The position numbers were made by a program, and so were the translations under genes. Positions 28,877-44,493 of a stretch of DNA of 64,000 bases are shown piece by piece. The stretch spans positions 31,372,001 through 31,436,000 of the forward strand of contig OZ024756.1 of assembly GCA_964016885.1 (NCBI GenBank). The letters are read 5' to 3'. Source of the DNA: Eledone cirrhosa. Its lineage: Eukaryota. The stretch's first letter is position 1. Each line of letters starts with the position of its first letter. The notes beneath the pieces are model-generated. The model saw only the letters and a list, made by a program, of their open reading frames with translations. It did not search any database and was not told the origin of the DNA.

Positions 28877-29377
28877 TATTTGACATGGGATTACGATTTT
28901 GAGAGGGGCTACTCACACATTAATCTTTAGTTCTTTTATTCCGTTCTGTACGTACATCACTTTATACGTACATCACATACCTTAGATAAACAGGCATATA
29001 CCAGTAATCCATATACACATGATATACATAGTTAACTCTGATTATTAACATGAGTAAATTCAAATAACATCTATATTTATATCTGGCATGGTCATATTAC
29101 AAGCTTTATTTTTTATGCATATTATGTGTTTTTTGTGAAATTTTCTATAATGAAATTTAAAAAAGTTTCAAGATACAATAGGCCATCAAGTATGAAATTT
29201 GTAGAAATTTGTTTTTTTTCTTCTAGAAATTCCTACAAATTACATACTTGACGAGTAAATATATGATATAGGAACAATTGAGAAATAAAAACAGCATTTA
29301 CATGAAACCTACAAGACGGTGTAAAAATATATTGAAAAAATATTAAATACATATAAATTAAACTAATAAAATATTTC

Positions 29378-30023
29378 TTGTTCTTCTTCTTCTTCTCCCT
29401 CTTCTATTTCTTCTTCTTCTTCTTCGCCTTCTTCTCCTCCTTCTTCTTCTTTTTCTTCTTCTCCTTCTTCTTCTTCACCCTCTTCTATTTCTTCTTCTTC
29501 TTCGTCGTCGTCTAGTTCTTCTTCTTCTTCTTCTTCTTCTTCTTCTTCTTCTTCTTCTTCTTCTTCTTCTTCTTCTTCTTCTTCTCCTCCTTCTTCTTCT
29601 CCTTCCTCTTCTACTTCTTCTTCATCCTCTGCTATTTCTTCTTCATCCTCTTCATCCTCTTCTATTTCTTCTTCTTCTTCGTCGCCGTCTTCTTCTTCTT
29701 CTTCTCCCTCTTCTTCTTGTTCTTCGTCTTCTTTTCCTTCCTCTTATCCTTCTTCTTCTTCCTCTTCTTTCTCTCCATCATAGTTATTGTCATCGTCTTC
29801 TTCTACATCTCAAATTGTAAAAATGTGTTTCATTAATATCGTTGTTGATATTATTGTCATCTTATTGCTGTTCATCATCATCATCATTCTCTTCTTCTTC
29901 TTCTTCTTCTTCTTCTTCTTCTTCTTCTTCTTCTTCTTCTTCTTCTTCTTCTTCTTCTTCTTCTTCTTCTTCTTCTTCTTCTTCTTCTTCTTCTTCTTCT
30001 TCTTCTTCTTCTCTCTTCTTCTT
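29378..30023. repeat. (TTC)n-rich microsatellites
   Basis: Direct inspection. Confidence 0.95.
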
Positions 30024-30535
30024 CTTATTATTATTATTATTATCATTCTCCTCACCCCCCTCCTCCACCCTTCCTCTCCTCTCCCCATTCCTCACCTTTC
30101 TTCCCTCAACCTGTAAAAAAGGTGTTTCATTAAATACCTGCCATTGTTTCCATTTCTTCGCAGCAGTATGTACGACCACCATTTATTTTAGATTAATGCA
30201 TAAATATAACGAATGTTTTGAATATTTTTCTAGTTTTGCTATTTACAACGTAAAAAGAAAAAGATGTCTTGGTTTCTTTTCTTGCAATATAATTCTAATA
30301 CAATGATGACTTTACAATAGGAATTACCAAACTTCCTAAAGGCATCCGTGAATTCAATGGCGTCTCTGTCTCAGTGACTCTTCGTTGATATAAACAAAAA
30401 AAAAGAAAAGAAAAACGAAAGAAAAACGAAAGAAAAAATAAAAGCAACGAGAGAATGAAACTCTAAAAGTTGTGTTGAGTGTATTGATGTAAATATAGGA
30501 GAATATGAAAGGGGGACTGACACAGATAGAGATTT

Positions 30536-31093
30536 AGAAGAAGAAGAAGAAGAAGAAGAAGAAGAAGAAGAAGAAGAAGAAGAAGAAGAAGAAGAAGAAG
30601 AAGAAGAAGAAGAAGAAGAAGAAGAAGAAGAAGAAGAAGAAGAAGAAGAAGAAGAAGAAGCAGGAGGAGAAGAAGAAGAAGAAGAAGAAGAAGAAGAAGA
30701 AGAAGAAGAAGAAGAAGAAGAAGAAGAAGAAGAAGAAGAAGAAGAAGAAGAAGAAGGAGGAGGAGGAGAAGCAGGAGGAGAAGAAGAAGAAGAAGAAGAA
30801 GAAGAAGAAGAAGAAGAAGAAGAAGAAGAAGAAGGAGGAGGAGGAGGAGGAGGAGGAGGAGGAGGAGGAGGAGGGAGGAGGAGGAGGAGGAGGAGGAGGA
30901 GGAGGAGGAGGAGAGGAGAAGCAGGAGGAGGAGAAGAGGAAGAAGAAGAAGAAGAAGAAGAAGAAGAAGAAGAAGGAGGAGGAGGAGGAGGAGAAGAAGA
31001 AGAAGAAGAAGAAGAAGAAGAAGAAGAAGAAGAAGAAGAAGAAGAAGAAGAAGAAGAAAAAGAAGAAGAAGAAAAAGAAGAAGAAGAAGAAGA
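30536..31093. repeat. (GAA)n/(GGA)n polypurine tract
   Basis: About 560 bp almost entirely of purines. Confidence 0.97.
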
Positions 31094-31178
31094 ATCACCC
31101 TGTACTCAACAACAACAACCAACAAAGACAGACGCTCAAATGCGTGTCACAACAGAAGCCATTTATAAAATATGGAAA

Positions 31179-31240
<62 letters not shown>

Positions 31241-31659
31241 TTGATTGTGATTTTTATACTATATCAACAACTAGTGTTGATTTTTATACTATATCATCCA
31301 TTTTAGTAACGGATATCAGAAACTAATTCTAACGGAAAAGAAGATACTAAGAGAGGGGATGGGAGGGGGGTTGTGGTTGTGTGAGGCGGAGAGACAGTGT
31401 GGTGCGAGTGGGCGGTTGAGCGGTAGGGGCAGAGTGGGGAAGGGAGGGGAAGTGTGAGGGGTAAAAGTGTGAGGGGTAGAGTCAAAGACTAAGAGTTAGA
31501 GAGAGAGAGAGAGCAAGGTGTAAACCAGAGAGAGGAAGGAAAGGAAAGAGCAAGAGAAAGGTTAGCGAGAAAAAGAGGGTAGGAGACAGAGTGAGGGTGG
31601 GAGTGAAAGGTACGGGGAAGTGTTGGATGAAAGAAAGTGAAAAGAAAGTAGCGGCAGTC

Positions 31660-32058
31660 TGGTGCAGTCTGAGACCAACCAAGTACAACCCTGTACATGG
31701 TTGGAATCATCTGCAACTAAATCGGGAACCCCTCCAAGCTTACGTGGTGAGGAACGTGATTTTAGACACCCTGTAGGGATGAAAAAAAAAACCCGTCATA
31801 AAGTCAACCGCCATGCAATAGAGAGTTGTTTTTGTGTGGAGCGAAAGACTCCTAGTCATAATTAAGACATTTCTCTAGGAGAAGATCACTCTGATATAAA
31901 ACTGCGACTTCGTTTACATCCAATTATGGAGACCAGTTCTTCTTTTGGAGCAAATACATTTGATCGTCAGAGAGTGGGATTGGCCCCGTGCAAAGCCTTT
32001 ACTCACTTAAGTTAAGTATCAAGCGATGGCATTACTCGAAACCGAGTTGCAGTCCTCA
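31660..32058 (+). mobile_element. diverged relative of the RTE-derived bipartite retroposon
   Basis: Colinear blocks AGTACAACCCTGT, CTAAATCGGGAACCCC, GGTGAGGA, CTAGGAGAAG..ACTCTGATATAA, AGAGTGGGATTGG and 3' TACTCGAAACCGAGTTGCAGTCC. Lacks the zinc-finger segment. Confidence 0.7.
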
Positions 32059-32156
32059 TATATATACACACACACACACACATATGTATGTATGTGTGTG
32101 TGTGTGTGTGTGTGTGTCATCGGGGTCATACTTTTTCCTATATATATATATATTCC

Positions 32157-32192
<36 letters not shown>

Positions 32193-32194
32193 GG

Positions 32195-32403
32195 AACGAT
32201 CGACTTTCGTCAAATCGGACCGAGGGAACAATGTTTCCGTTGGTCTTTCCTATTGCTAATACTATCTATCGGTCGCAACTCCAGGTAGAAGGAGCAACGT
32301 GAAATAAAGTCTCTTGCTCAAGGACATAACGCATCGCCTGGTCCATGAATCGAACTCACAACCTTACGATTGCGAATCCAATTCTCTAACCGCTCAGCCA
32401 CAC
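32195..32403 (-). mobile_element. tRNA-derived SINE (head cut by gap)
   Basis: Minus strand TGGCTGAGCGG (A box), GAGTTCGATTC (B box), GTCCTTGAGCAAG. The body matches 21335-21420 and 55277-55342. Confidence 0.75.
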
Positions 32404-32603
32404 NNNNNNNNNNNNNNNNNNNNNNNNNNNNNNNNNNNNNNNNNNNNNNNNNNNNNNNNNNNNNNNNNNNNNNNNNNNNNNNNNNNNNNNNNNNNNNNNN
32501 NNNNNNNNNNNNNNNNNNNNNNNNNNNNNNNNNNNNNNNNNNNNNNNNNNNNNNNNNNNNNNNNNNNNNNNNNNNNNNNNNNNNNNNNNNNNNNNNNNNN
32601 NNN
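32404..32603. other. assembly gap (200 N)
   Basis: Run of N. Confidence 1.
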
Positions 32604-33350
32604 ATATATATATATATAGAGAGAGAGAGAGGGTAAATTTGTTTGTGCGTATGTATATATATATATATGTATATATGTGATATATATATATATATATATA
32701 AAAGAGATATTAACGTTATTAACTTTAATTTAGTTATACTGTAATTAATAATCTACTACTGTTTGACTTCAAAATTCTGCTTCAAATATTATAAACCTAA
32801 CTAATTTAAACCTTAGAAATCAATATGTTGACTATCTTTGGTTTAGTTAACATATGATTAATGGTATACTTATTTATTTTGAGATGCATAGATTTTGCCT
32901 TAGTTCTTGTTTGTCGTATTTCCTAGCACTGAAAATATGTAAGAACATACATTGAATAAAGATACGGAAAATATTATATGTTTCTTGAAACATATATTTA
33001 CTTTGATCCCCTTCTCCAAACCCCCCCTTTCCCCCATACTATTATCATCTATATTTGTAAGCGTCTATGTATGAATATATATGTAGGTAGGTGTCTATAT
33101 AGGTTTGGGTATTTATATCTAAATATAAAAATACATATATGCGCATGCAAATATGAATGTAAGATTGCGTGTGTATATATGAGTGTACATATGTATGTAT
33201 ATATATGTATATATATGCATTATATATGTATAATATAACTTATGTGTATATGTGTATAAGTGAGGTTGTGTATGTATATATAATATGTGTATATATAAGT
33301 GTAAAAAAATATATATATATATATATATATATGTGCATGTCTGTTTTTTA

Positions 33351-33419
<69 letters not shown>

Positions 33420-33508
33420 GTGGGTGTTTGTATGTGTATTTATGGTGGTATGAGTGTGTGGGGATATATATGTTTGTATATATATATATATATATATGTA
33501 TGAGTGTA

Positions 33509-33549
<41 letters not shown>

Positions 33550-33854
33550 ATATATATGTATATATATATATGTGTATGTATGTGTGTATATATATATATA
33601 TCTCGATTAATGCGTGTGTGTATGTATATACATATGCCTTTTTATTATTATTTTTATTTGTATGTCTGAGTTAGGTGAGGTTGTAGTGTTTTTTATGTAT
33701 ATACGCATATATGGAAGCGTATGTATTTATATATATGAGTATAAGTAGGTGCATATGTATGTATGATTATATATCTAATTCTATGTATGAATGTACATCT
33801 ATATATATATATATGTGTGTATGTAAGTTGTGTGTGTATGTATCTATATGTCTA

Positions 33855-33903
<49 letters not shown>

Positions 33904-33982
33904 CGATGTGCGTATATGTATGTACATGTATGTACATGTATGTGTGTATGTATGTGTATGTATATTTAGATGTATGTGTATG

Positions 33983-34025
<43 letters not shown>

Positions 34026-34699
34026 ATATATATATGGATATATATCTTTATTATTTATTTTTTATATATATGTGTATGTGTGTATGTGTTGCGTGTGTGT
34101 GTGTGTGTATATATATATCTTTATATATGTGTATGTGTATGTTCGTGTAAGTGTATGTGTGTGTATGACTGTATATGTATGTGTGTATGTGTGTATGCGT
34201 AAATATTTCTATGTGCGCGTACATGTATGTATGTGTATATATCTGTATGTGTATGTATATTATATTATATTTATTATATTTTATTGTTTTATTTTTTTAT
34301 TTTTCTTAATTTATAGATACATTTATATTAGGCAGTCTGCTCAGACAATTGAATACTGACCCCTCCCCCCCCCCTCCCACCTAATTTCTGTATCTTGATC
34401 TTGAAATGTGTGTGCCAGTGTTTTATGTGAGTGATTTAATATCCATGTGCTTATGATTTTATATCCACATATATAAATGTGAGTGGGGGTGTGTGTGTGT
34501 TTGTATGTTCGTGGTTATGTGTATATTTATGCATATACGCGCGTGTATGTGTGATTGTACTGATATGTGTGAGTATGAAAAAATATATTTATGTGCTTGA
34601 CTTCATAAGTATCAATGCGCATCTTATCAGCGCATTTTAAGCTTACAGAGATATTAACCTTGAAATTTTGTGTTTGCATCCATCTTTTTTAGTATGCGT

Positions 34700-35185
34700 A
34701 TACAAGTTATACATACATTTTTGTAAAATATGTGTAAGGATTTTACATGTATATACACACACCGAACTGCTTTTAACCCTTTGTGTTTTCATTGGTCAAT
34801 TTTGAACTGAAATTTTGAATTGTTGTTATTATCAATAAATATACTTCATTATTTCTGAAGACGGCGTATATATGTGTTAGGTATGTATATTTAATCTTGA
34901 TAATTTGTATAATTTTGTATAATTTTTGTACATAGATCTGTTGAATATGCATACCAATTATAACACATATATACCCTAGAAACGATCGTTAAATAATGAA
35001 CTTTTTTTGTTTAATATAAGGAATTGTTTATTCATTATTTGTTTAATATTTTATCTTGACTCTGTATACCGTTTATCTTTCACCGAAAGTGGTTTTTCAT
35101 TACATCTCTTCTTTCCATGATATCCGGAATACATTGAGTTCTTCATACGGATTGGACACTACCGTAAACTCTTGGTAGATTTATC

Positions 35186-35188
<3 letters not shown>
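34700..35188 (+). mobile_element. Penelope-like pLTR/3' end carrying the long-stem HHR (5' boundary uncertain)
   Basis: HHR followed by ~190 nt ending in (TA)n. The terminal ~140 bp has a second copy at 10422-10560. Confidence 0.6.
34845..35000 (+). ncRNA. type I hammerhead motif with ~117-nt stem II
   Basis: TTCATTATTT CTGAAGA (34855) ... GAAA (34979) C GATC G TT AAATAATGAA. Perfect 10-bp stem I. Stem II has GTATATATGTGTTA/TAACACATATATAC and GGTATGTATATTTAA/TTGAATATGCATACC. Confidence 0.8.
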
Positions 35189-35216
<28 letters not shown>

Positions 35217-35218
<2 letters not shown>

Positions 35219-35340
35219 CGAAGGAAATGTGGTAATAACGCACCAAAGTACTCAATATTTAGGGTAGTAGAGTGGGTAATAGGAACCAGTAACACCCCGA
35301 CGGCTGAGCTCAAGCCGTTTCGACGGCTAATTCTGGACTA
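35217..35340 (-). mobile_element. family A element copy
   Basis: Reverse complement of 28693-28832 with an internal deletion. (TA)n on both sides. Confidence 0.85.
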
Positions 35341-35356
35341 TATATATATATATATA

Positions 35357-35466
<110 letters not shown>

Positions 35467-36034
35467 TGTGTGTGTGTGTGTGTGTGTGTGTGTACATGCT
35501 ACTTTGTAATTAACCACTTTGGAGAAGGATCTCAAAAATATATAAAATATAATTTTAAAAAAACACACCCCAATTCAGATCAGGCGACTGCTTGGCAACC
35601 TTCTCCTTTCGCTCCTAGAGTAAGGTTTTGATAAATGTGTTATTAAAAATTGTTGAATTGCGAAATTAATTTTGCTGATATTTCGAGTAAAAATTCCTTT
35701 GTCGTAACTGAAAATAATTACAGTGTGATAATCGCCATAAATTTATATATAACTACAACAATTCAGATGCAGATCCGGAAATAAAATGGAACGTTTATTG
35801 GATTTTTAATAAATCTCCCGACCGAAATTCAATTTATTTTTTCATAATTATCTCCCTTATATGTATTCTCCGACTCGCTATCTCAACGCCCGTCGCCTCT
35901 AGTTTATATTTTTTTTTGTTTTCATTAAGTTTCAAGGTTTTTTTATTTGTATTTATTTAACTGACTCATCTAAATTCCAATTTTTCTTACGGCCACATCA
36001 GATAGGATCCTAAGATAGAACAACGCACATTAAC

Positions 36035-36112
<78 letters not shown>

Positions 36113-36129
36113 ATATATATACAAACATG

Positions 36130-36161
<32 letters not shown>

Positions 36162-36322
36162 TAACTATATGCGTATACACATAGCTATATAAAATATATA
36201 TATACGTGTACATACATATGTATATAAATTTATGTATATATATATATATATTTATATATGTTTATATATATATATATATTTATATATATATGTTTATATA
36301 TATATGTATATATATATGTATA

Positions 36323-36437
<115 letters not shown>

Positions 36438-36628
36438 TTATATATATATACTATATCTGCGTGTGTATATGTAAATTTCCTTCACATGAATATATAAAGA
36501 TATGTTTCTCTACATATACGTTTCAAATATTGGCTTACTTATAGCATCATTATTTTTAATGTGTGTATGTTTGTGTTTGAGACTGGCACGCAATTATGTT
36601 TATGTATACATATATATAAACATGTATA

Positions 36629-36727
<99 letters not shown>

Positions 36728-36827
36728 AGATATACATACATACACACATACACGCATGTGTGTATGCCTGCTTGCATGGGAGACTTTCCCTTTGTCCGTT
36801 CGTATGCATGTACGTACGTATGTATAT

Positions 36828-36892
<65 letters not shown>

Positions 36893-37383
36893 CATATATT
36901 CATGTGTTTCTTTGTTGTCTTTATTACAAACTTTGATGCATATAAATACGTATATACATACACATATATATATATAAACAGACATATATATGTATATATA
37001 TATGTGTGTGTGTATGTGTGTATGTGTCTGTATGTGTCTGTGTGTGTTTTATTATTGTTCTTAGTATCCAGACTGGACTTGTTTACATGCTAGAGTGGAC
37101 TTCGTTTCGTTGTTTGTATATTGAATAATCGATAAATATTAATTCAATTTTCGTTACGAGGAATTATCATGTTGTAAATTTCAATAATTCAATTTAGTAT
37201 ATTTCTTATCACGTTTGATCTCTTCCCCTTCACACACACACAAACGCACACAAACACACACAAACACTAACAAACAAGTACACACGCATACAGAGAAATC
37301 TGCATATATTCACGACACACCCATTCGTATATGATATGCCTAAATCTATTTCGTTGGGGTATTTATATAGTTATTACAATATA

Positions 37384-37476
<93 letters not shown>

Positions 37477-37544
37477 TTATATATATATATACTGTATATA
37501 TATTATATTATATATATATATAAATATATATACGGTATATATAT

Positions 37545-37669
<125 letters not shown>

Positions 37670-38236
37670 ATTATATATATATATAAATATAAATATTTAT
37701 ACCTACATAATTATATATGCTATGCAATTCTGTAACCCGATAGGCGTTTTGTTTCTAAATTGATACAATGTGTCTGGATTAATTACATTAAGGACCGATA
37801 ATACAAACTATGATTATAATTTTTTAATCATTATTTTACACAGAGAGAGAGAGAGAGACATACACACATACACTCACACACACACACATAGTATACTTAT
37901 GTGTGTATATGTGTATTAAATGTTGTAGTTACAGACAGTTTTTTGTTTAACGTTCCACAGCTTTTGTTTCGAATTCTTAGGTTATGTCTAAAGGGTATAT
38001 TCGCGGTTAAATTAAACAAAGATCGACGCCATTTGAATGTGCGAATCGAAAAGCAAGAATATTCACAGCTTATGCATTTTTCTATGTGTGTATGTGTGTG
38101 TCTGTATGTCCGTGTTTAGGTTTAGACATATATAAATTTCTATATGGATGTGTATAAATAAGTATATATATATGTATATATATAGACTACTATGAATATA
38201 TATATATGTATATATATATATATACATATATATATA

Positions 38237-38312
<76 letters not shown>

Positions 38313-38542
38313 CACACACACACAGACGCATATATATATGTATATATATATATAATTACAAATACATATATACACGCGTATACAGATAGGCCCACCCACA
38401 CATATATAAAGGCGTAGACATATATGCAATTACATACAAATATACGAACATACAAACATACGAACATACATACATACATACATGCAGACATACATACATC
38501 AAAGATACATACATACATATATACATACACGCACGTATACAT

Positions 38543-38890
38543 TGCATAAGTAATTGTGTTTATGTGAATTTCTTCATTTTTTTGCTATTATAAATTTTGA
38601 TTCATATTTTGGATTAAACTTTCATGTAACTATGATCTCGTAACTTACCATTTTGAAGCTCACATCTTGGTCTATTGATTTCTACCAATAAATTACTTGT
38701 GTCGTCAAAAATGGTATTTCATGTGATTTCTATGCGTTTAAAATGAAATGCTGTAACGGAAACTGAACGCAAAAAAATATGACTATTTGCCTACCAGCCT
38801 GTTACAGTACGCACAGCTAGACATTCGTTCCAGAAATTTCGTTTTAGAGAACTGAACTTCAAAGATGAGAAAAAGAGCAGGGAGAAAACT
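38543..38890 (+). pseudogene. mariner transposon left end and N-terminal transposase remnant
   Basis: TGCATAAGTAATTG resembles Hsmar1-type TIR sequence. Translation VTVRTARHSFQKFRFRELNFKDEKKS resembles the mariner HTH region VSERTxQRWFxKFRSGxFxLEDExRSGRP. Confidence 0.6.
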
Positions 38891-38903
38891 TCTGCGATGG
38901 CTA

Positions 38904-39730
38904 ATAATTGTTTCTACTTTTGGCACAAGGCCAGCAATTACTCAGTGTATTACTGGTACTTTATTTTATCGACCCCGTAAGGATGAAAGGCAAAGTTAAC
39001 CTTGGCGGGATTTGAACTCAGAATGGAAAGGGCCGTAACTCTTTGCGTCAAAGCATGGCGTCCGACCCTCTACCGATACTGCCAATCCACCGCTGTTTCT
39101 ACTTTTGGCACAAGGCCAGCAATTATCCCAGTTCATTACTGGTACTTTATTTTATCGACTCCGTAAGGATGAAAGGCAAAGTTAACATCGGCGGGATTTG
39201 AAATCTGAACGTAAAGGGACGTAACTCTTTACGTCCTTTTACGTTCAGAGTTCAAATCCCGCCGAGGTTAACGTTGCCTTTCATCCTAACGGTGTCGATA
39301 AAATAAAGTACCAGTAATACACTGGGTTAGTAATGATAATAATGATAATTTCTGATTTAGGCACAAGGCCAACAATTTTAGGGGAGAGGAAAGTCGATTA
39401 AATCGACCCCACTGCATTACTGGTGCTTTATTTTATCGACCCCGTAATGACGAAAGGCAAAGTTAACCGCCACGGGATTTGAACTCAGACCGTAAAGGGG
39501 CCTAACTCTATGCTGCAAAGCATTGCGTCCGACCCCCTACGGATACTGCCAATAATAATAATAATGATTTCTAGTATAGGCACAAGGCCAGTAATTTAGG
39601 CGAGGAGAAAGTCGATTAAATCGACCCCTATGAAGGGCGAAGTTAACCTCGCCAGGATTTGAACTGAGACCGTAAAGGGCCATAATTCTCTGCTACAAAG
39701 CATGGTGTCCGACCCTCTACCGATAACAAT
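38904..39730 (-). mobile_element. array of Deu/Nin-like SINE copies (about 4 minus, 1 plus)
   Basis: Repeated CTGGTACTTTATTTTATCGACCCCGTAAGGATGAAAGGCAAAGTTAAC and GGATTTGAACTC (B box, minus). Confidence 0.9.
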
Positions 39731-39979
39731 AATAGCAAGCTCTTTGGAATGAATGCGGAAAATGTAAACCACTTGGTAAGTGGATGTGAGAACCTTGCGC
39801 AAAAGGAATACACTGGTTTTTGTGTCGTGAATATTAATATGGGGTCATACAGAATTGGTGTGAGCAAGAAGAAGAAGAAGAAGAAGAAGAAGAAGAAGAA
39901 GAAGAAGAAGAAGAAGAAGAAGAAGAAGAAGAAGAAGAAGAAGAAGAAGAAGAAGAAGAAGAAGAAGAAGAACAGCAGC

Positions 39980-40022
<43 letters not shown>

Positions 40023-40442
40023 CCAACGCCAACAATATAGAATTCATATATTTCAATGTCTTATCGACGCTGTTGAAGATTTCAGATGAGAAAGTAAAAA
40101 AAAAAATCGGAACAAAAACAAAATGGCGATAGATTGAATGAAATACAATAAGATACATTGAGAACATTCCAATCATAGTGCATATAGCAATGTAGTATGT
40201 TTTGTTTTCCTGTTATGGGTATCATTTTCTTGTGATTTGTATATTTTGGACATGCTGCATCACCATCATCACCTATAGCAGTATTAATGACAGTAACGTC
40301 AGCAGCAGCAGCAGCAATTTATATTGTATCCCTCTATATACATGTAGGTAAAGTGAATATATAAATAATGTAGAGTGTTTGTTTTTTTTTGTTTTTTTTA
40401 GTTTTTTTGTTATACCCGCGTGTATTTGTATATATATATATA

Positions 40443-40529
<87 letters not shown>

Positions 40530-40592
40530 ATATATATATATATGTGTGTGTATATATATATATATATATGTGTGTGTATATATATATATATA

Positions 40593-40637
<45 letters not shown>

Positions 40638-40859
40638 ATATATATATGTGTGTGTATATATATATATATGTGTGTGTGTATATATATATATGTGTGTGTA
40701 TATATATATATATACATATATATATATAGTGAAAAATTGAACGGGAACAAAACAGAGAGGCAGTACAAACGAAGGTTTATTAATTTCACGCTCTTGAGAG
40801 TGGGGTATATATATATTTATATCTATCTATCTATATATATATGTATATATATATATATG

Positions 40860-40890
<31 letters not shown>

Positions 40891-40891
40891 G

Positions 40892-40999
<108 letters not shown>

Positions 41000-41062
41000 T
41001 ATATATATTTATATCTATCTATATATATATAAATATATATATAAAATTATATATATATACAT

Positions 41063-41146
<84 letters not shown>

Positions 41147-41373
41147 ATATATGTGTGTGTGTGTGAGTGTGTGTGTGTGTGTATGTGTATATATGTATGT
41201 ATGTATATATGTATGAATGGAGAGAGATTGTTTGTCCTTTGTCATCGACTGGATAGCCAACTGTTTGTTCTTACCATACAGGTGATCATAATAACTATTA
41301 TTTATTTGTCATTATTTATTGTTATTATTACTACTACTACTATTCCTACTACTACTCCTACTACTAATACTAC

Positions 41374-41462
<89 letters not shown>

Positions 41463-41564
41463 ATATTTTATTATGGGAGAAGCAAAACAAAACAAACGAA
41501 GAAGAAGAAGAAGAAGAAGAAGAAGAAGAAGAAGAAGAAGAAGAAGAAGAAGAAGAAGAAGAAG

Positions 41565-41607
<43 letters not shown>

Positions 41608-42018
41608 GCAACAACAACAACAGCAGCAGCAACAACAACAACAACAACAACAAGGACAGCGATAACAACAACAACAACAGGAAGATGACAGTAGAAGTTA
41701 TGTAAAATCCAGTCATAGGGTAAAAAACAAAGGGATGTCAAAAACAGAAGGTTTATATATATATATGTGTGTGTGTGTGTATGTGTGTGTGTGTGTGTTT
41801 GTGCTTGTTTGTATGTGTTTATGTGCATATATTTATTATGTATATGCATACATATTTAATATATATATGTATAATATATATATGCATACATACTTCTACC
41901 TAACTCGTCCCTTCGACTGAGTGCTCTGCCACTACGGATATTACCTTCCAGTGTTCCACCACTATATATATATATATAGAGAGAGAGAGAGATAAATATA
42001 AATACATAAATACATATG

Positions 42019-42049
<31 letters not shown>

Positions 42050-42494
42050 TTAATATATGCATATATGTATATATATGTACATACATATACATACATATAT
42101 ATATATGTGTGTGTGTGTTGGAGTATTTTGTGCTTATGTGATTGCGTATGAGAGTGTGTGTGTGTATGTGGTAGTGTGTGTTTGTCAGACACATCTCTAT
42201 AAATATGCAGGATATTTATAATATGACAGAAGATGAAGAATTGTGCTTTCAATGAAAGTTCTAGAAGCTTTCTTATAATACACTTTTGGATATGAACGTC
42301 GGTGTTAAGAATAATGGCAATCAATGTTATTTCCTGCTGTTATTTTCTTACAGGATAATTACTTTACATATATATATGTGTGTGTAGGAGGTGAGTTTTA
42401 TTGTAGTACAATAAAGCAATGCAGATATCGGATAAGTAGCACTCTACAGTTTGTGGGACTGGAGTATAAATAATATAAGATCAAATGATGGTTA

Positions 42495-42855
42495 TAGTAT
42501 CGGAGCTGTGATCTCCCAATTCGGAGAAGTAGCAGCTCTACCTAGACTGACTCTCTGATCTCCGAACTACAGATCTGTCCAGCAATTCTTTCTTGAGACA
42601 TTCTAACCACATGCTCATAGTATCAAAGCTGTGATCCCTCAATTCGGAGAAGTACAGACTCTGCCTGGAGTGACTCTCTGATCACCGAGCTACAGATCTG
42701 TCCTTGATTCTTTCCTGACACATTCTAACAAGATGTCCATAGTATCAGAGCTGTGATCTCTCAATTCGGAAAAGTAGAGACTCTACTTTGAGGGACTCCC
42801 TGATCTCAGAGCTACGCACTCTATCGAGTAACGTTACTCCAAAGACCCTTCGGAG
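42495..42855 (-). repeat. three tandem ~123-bp units derived from RTE coding sequence
   Basis: Same unit as 18923-19160 (GCTGTGATCTCCCAATTCGGAGAAGTAG...TACAGATCTGTC). Confidence 0.8.
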
Positions 42856-43110
42856 GAACAGCTATTTAAAAAACAAATCCTGCTTAGCCTGTTATCTCCC
42901 TTTACTATACTCCTCTGTGTCTGTTTATAATCTGAGTTCAGTTATATCTATCCCGTTTTTCCGTTCGCCTCTCTGTATATATTATAACTTATAATTTATA
43001 AGTCATAGACTCAACTTCACCTTTCTCTTTGTCTTCTTGTTCCCTCACACGACATAATTTAAATGATACACATAGTTTAATCTATTTTTCTCTCTCTCTC
43101 TGCTTCTCCC

Positions 43111-43183
<73 letters not shown>

Positions 43184-43389
43184 ACCCTAACTTCTACTTT
43201 CTCTATCTCTCTCTCGTTCTATCTATCTATCTTTCTTTATCTTTACATCTCATTCTCTTTCAATTCCCATCTCTCCTTATCTTTATATTTATTATAACCC
43301 ATAAACTAACAATTACTGTCTCTTTCTTAGTTCCTCTTCTCTCTCTCTATATATATCTCTCGCTATCTTTCTATCTCTCTATCTCTATC

Positions 43390-43465
<76 letters not shown>

Positions 43466-43486
43466 TCTCTCTTTCTATCTATCTAT

Positions 43487-43655
<169 letters not shown>

Positions 43656-43977
43656 TAGATATAGATATAGATATCTTTTTCTTTATAACGTTATGTAAAC
43701 AACTTGCTGTTAGATATATTTCATAGTTAATAATTAAATTTAGCATCCCTTACTTTTACGGCTTAATTACACCTTCATCACTTTCAGTTTACAGTATGGT
43801 ATTATGATATATAAGCAGTTTAGAGTATGTTGTTTAACTATGGTTTCCTCGCGATGCCCTTACGGAAAACCATTCTTAATATATACATATGCGTGTGAAA
43901 TTATCGGGAATGTATGTTCATATCTATAAGTATATGTGAATGTATATAAACATATAGATATGTACATAGATACATAC

Positions 43978-44027
<50 letters not shown>

Positions 44028-44114
44028 AAACATATATATATATGTTTATATATATATATATATATTATGGAATACTGTTGGCTTTTTGCTACAATATTTT
44101 CTATACCTTTCATT

Positions 44115-44210
<96 letters not shown>

Positions 44211-44236
44211 TGTGTCTGTGTGTGTGTCTGTGTGTC

Positions 44237-44350
<114 letters not shown>

Positions 44351-44440
44351 TGTGTGTGTGTGTGTGTGTGTTTGTTTGTATGTATATATACCCAGAGAGT
44401 TAGGTAGATAGGTAGATAGATGAATAGATAGATAGATAGG

Positions 44441-44493
<53 letters not shown>

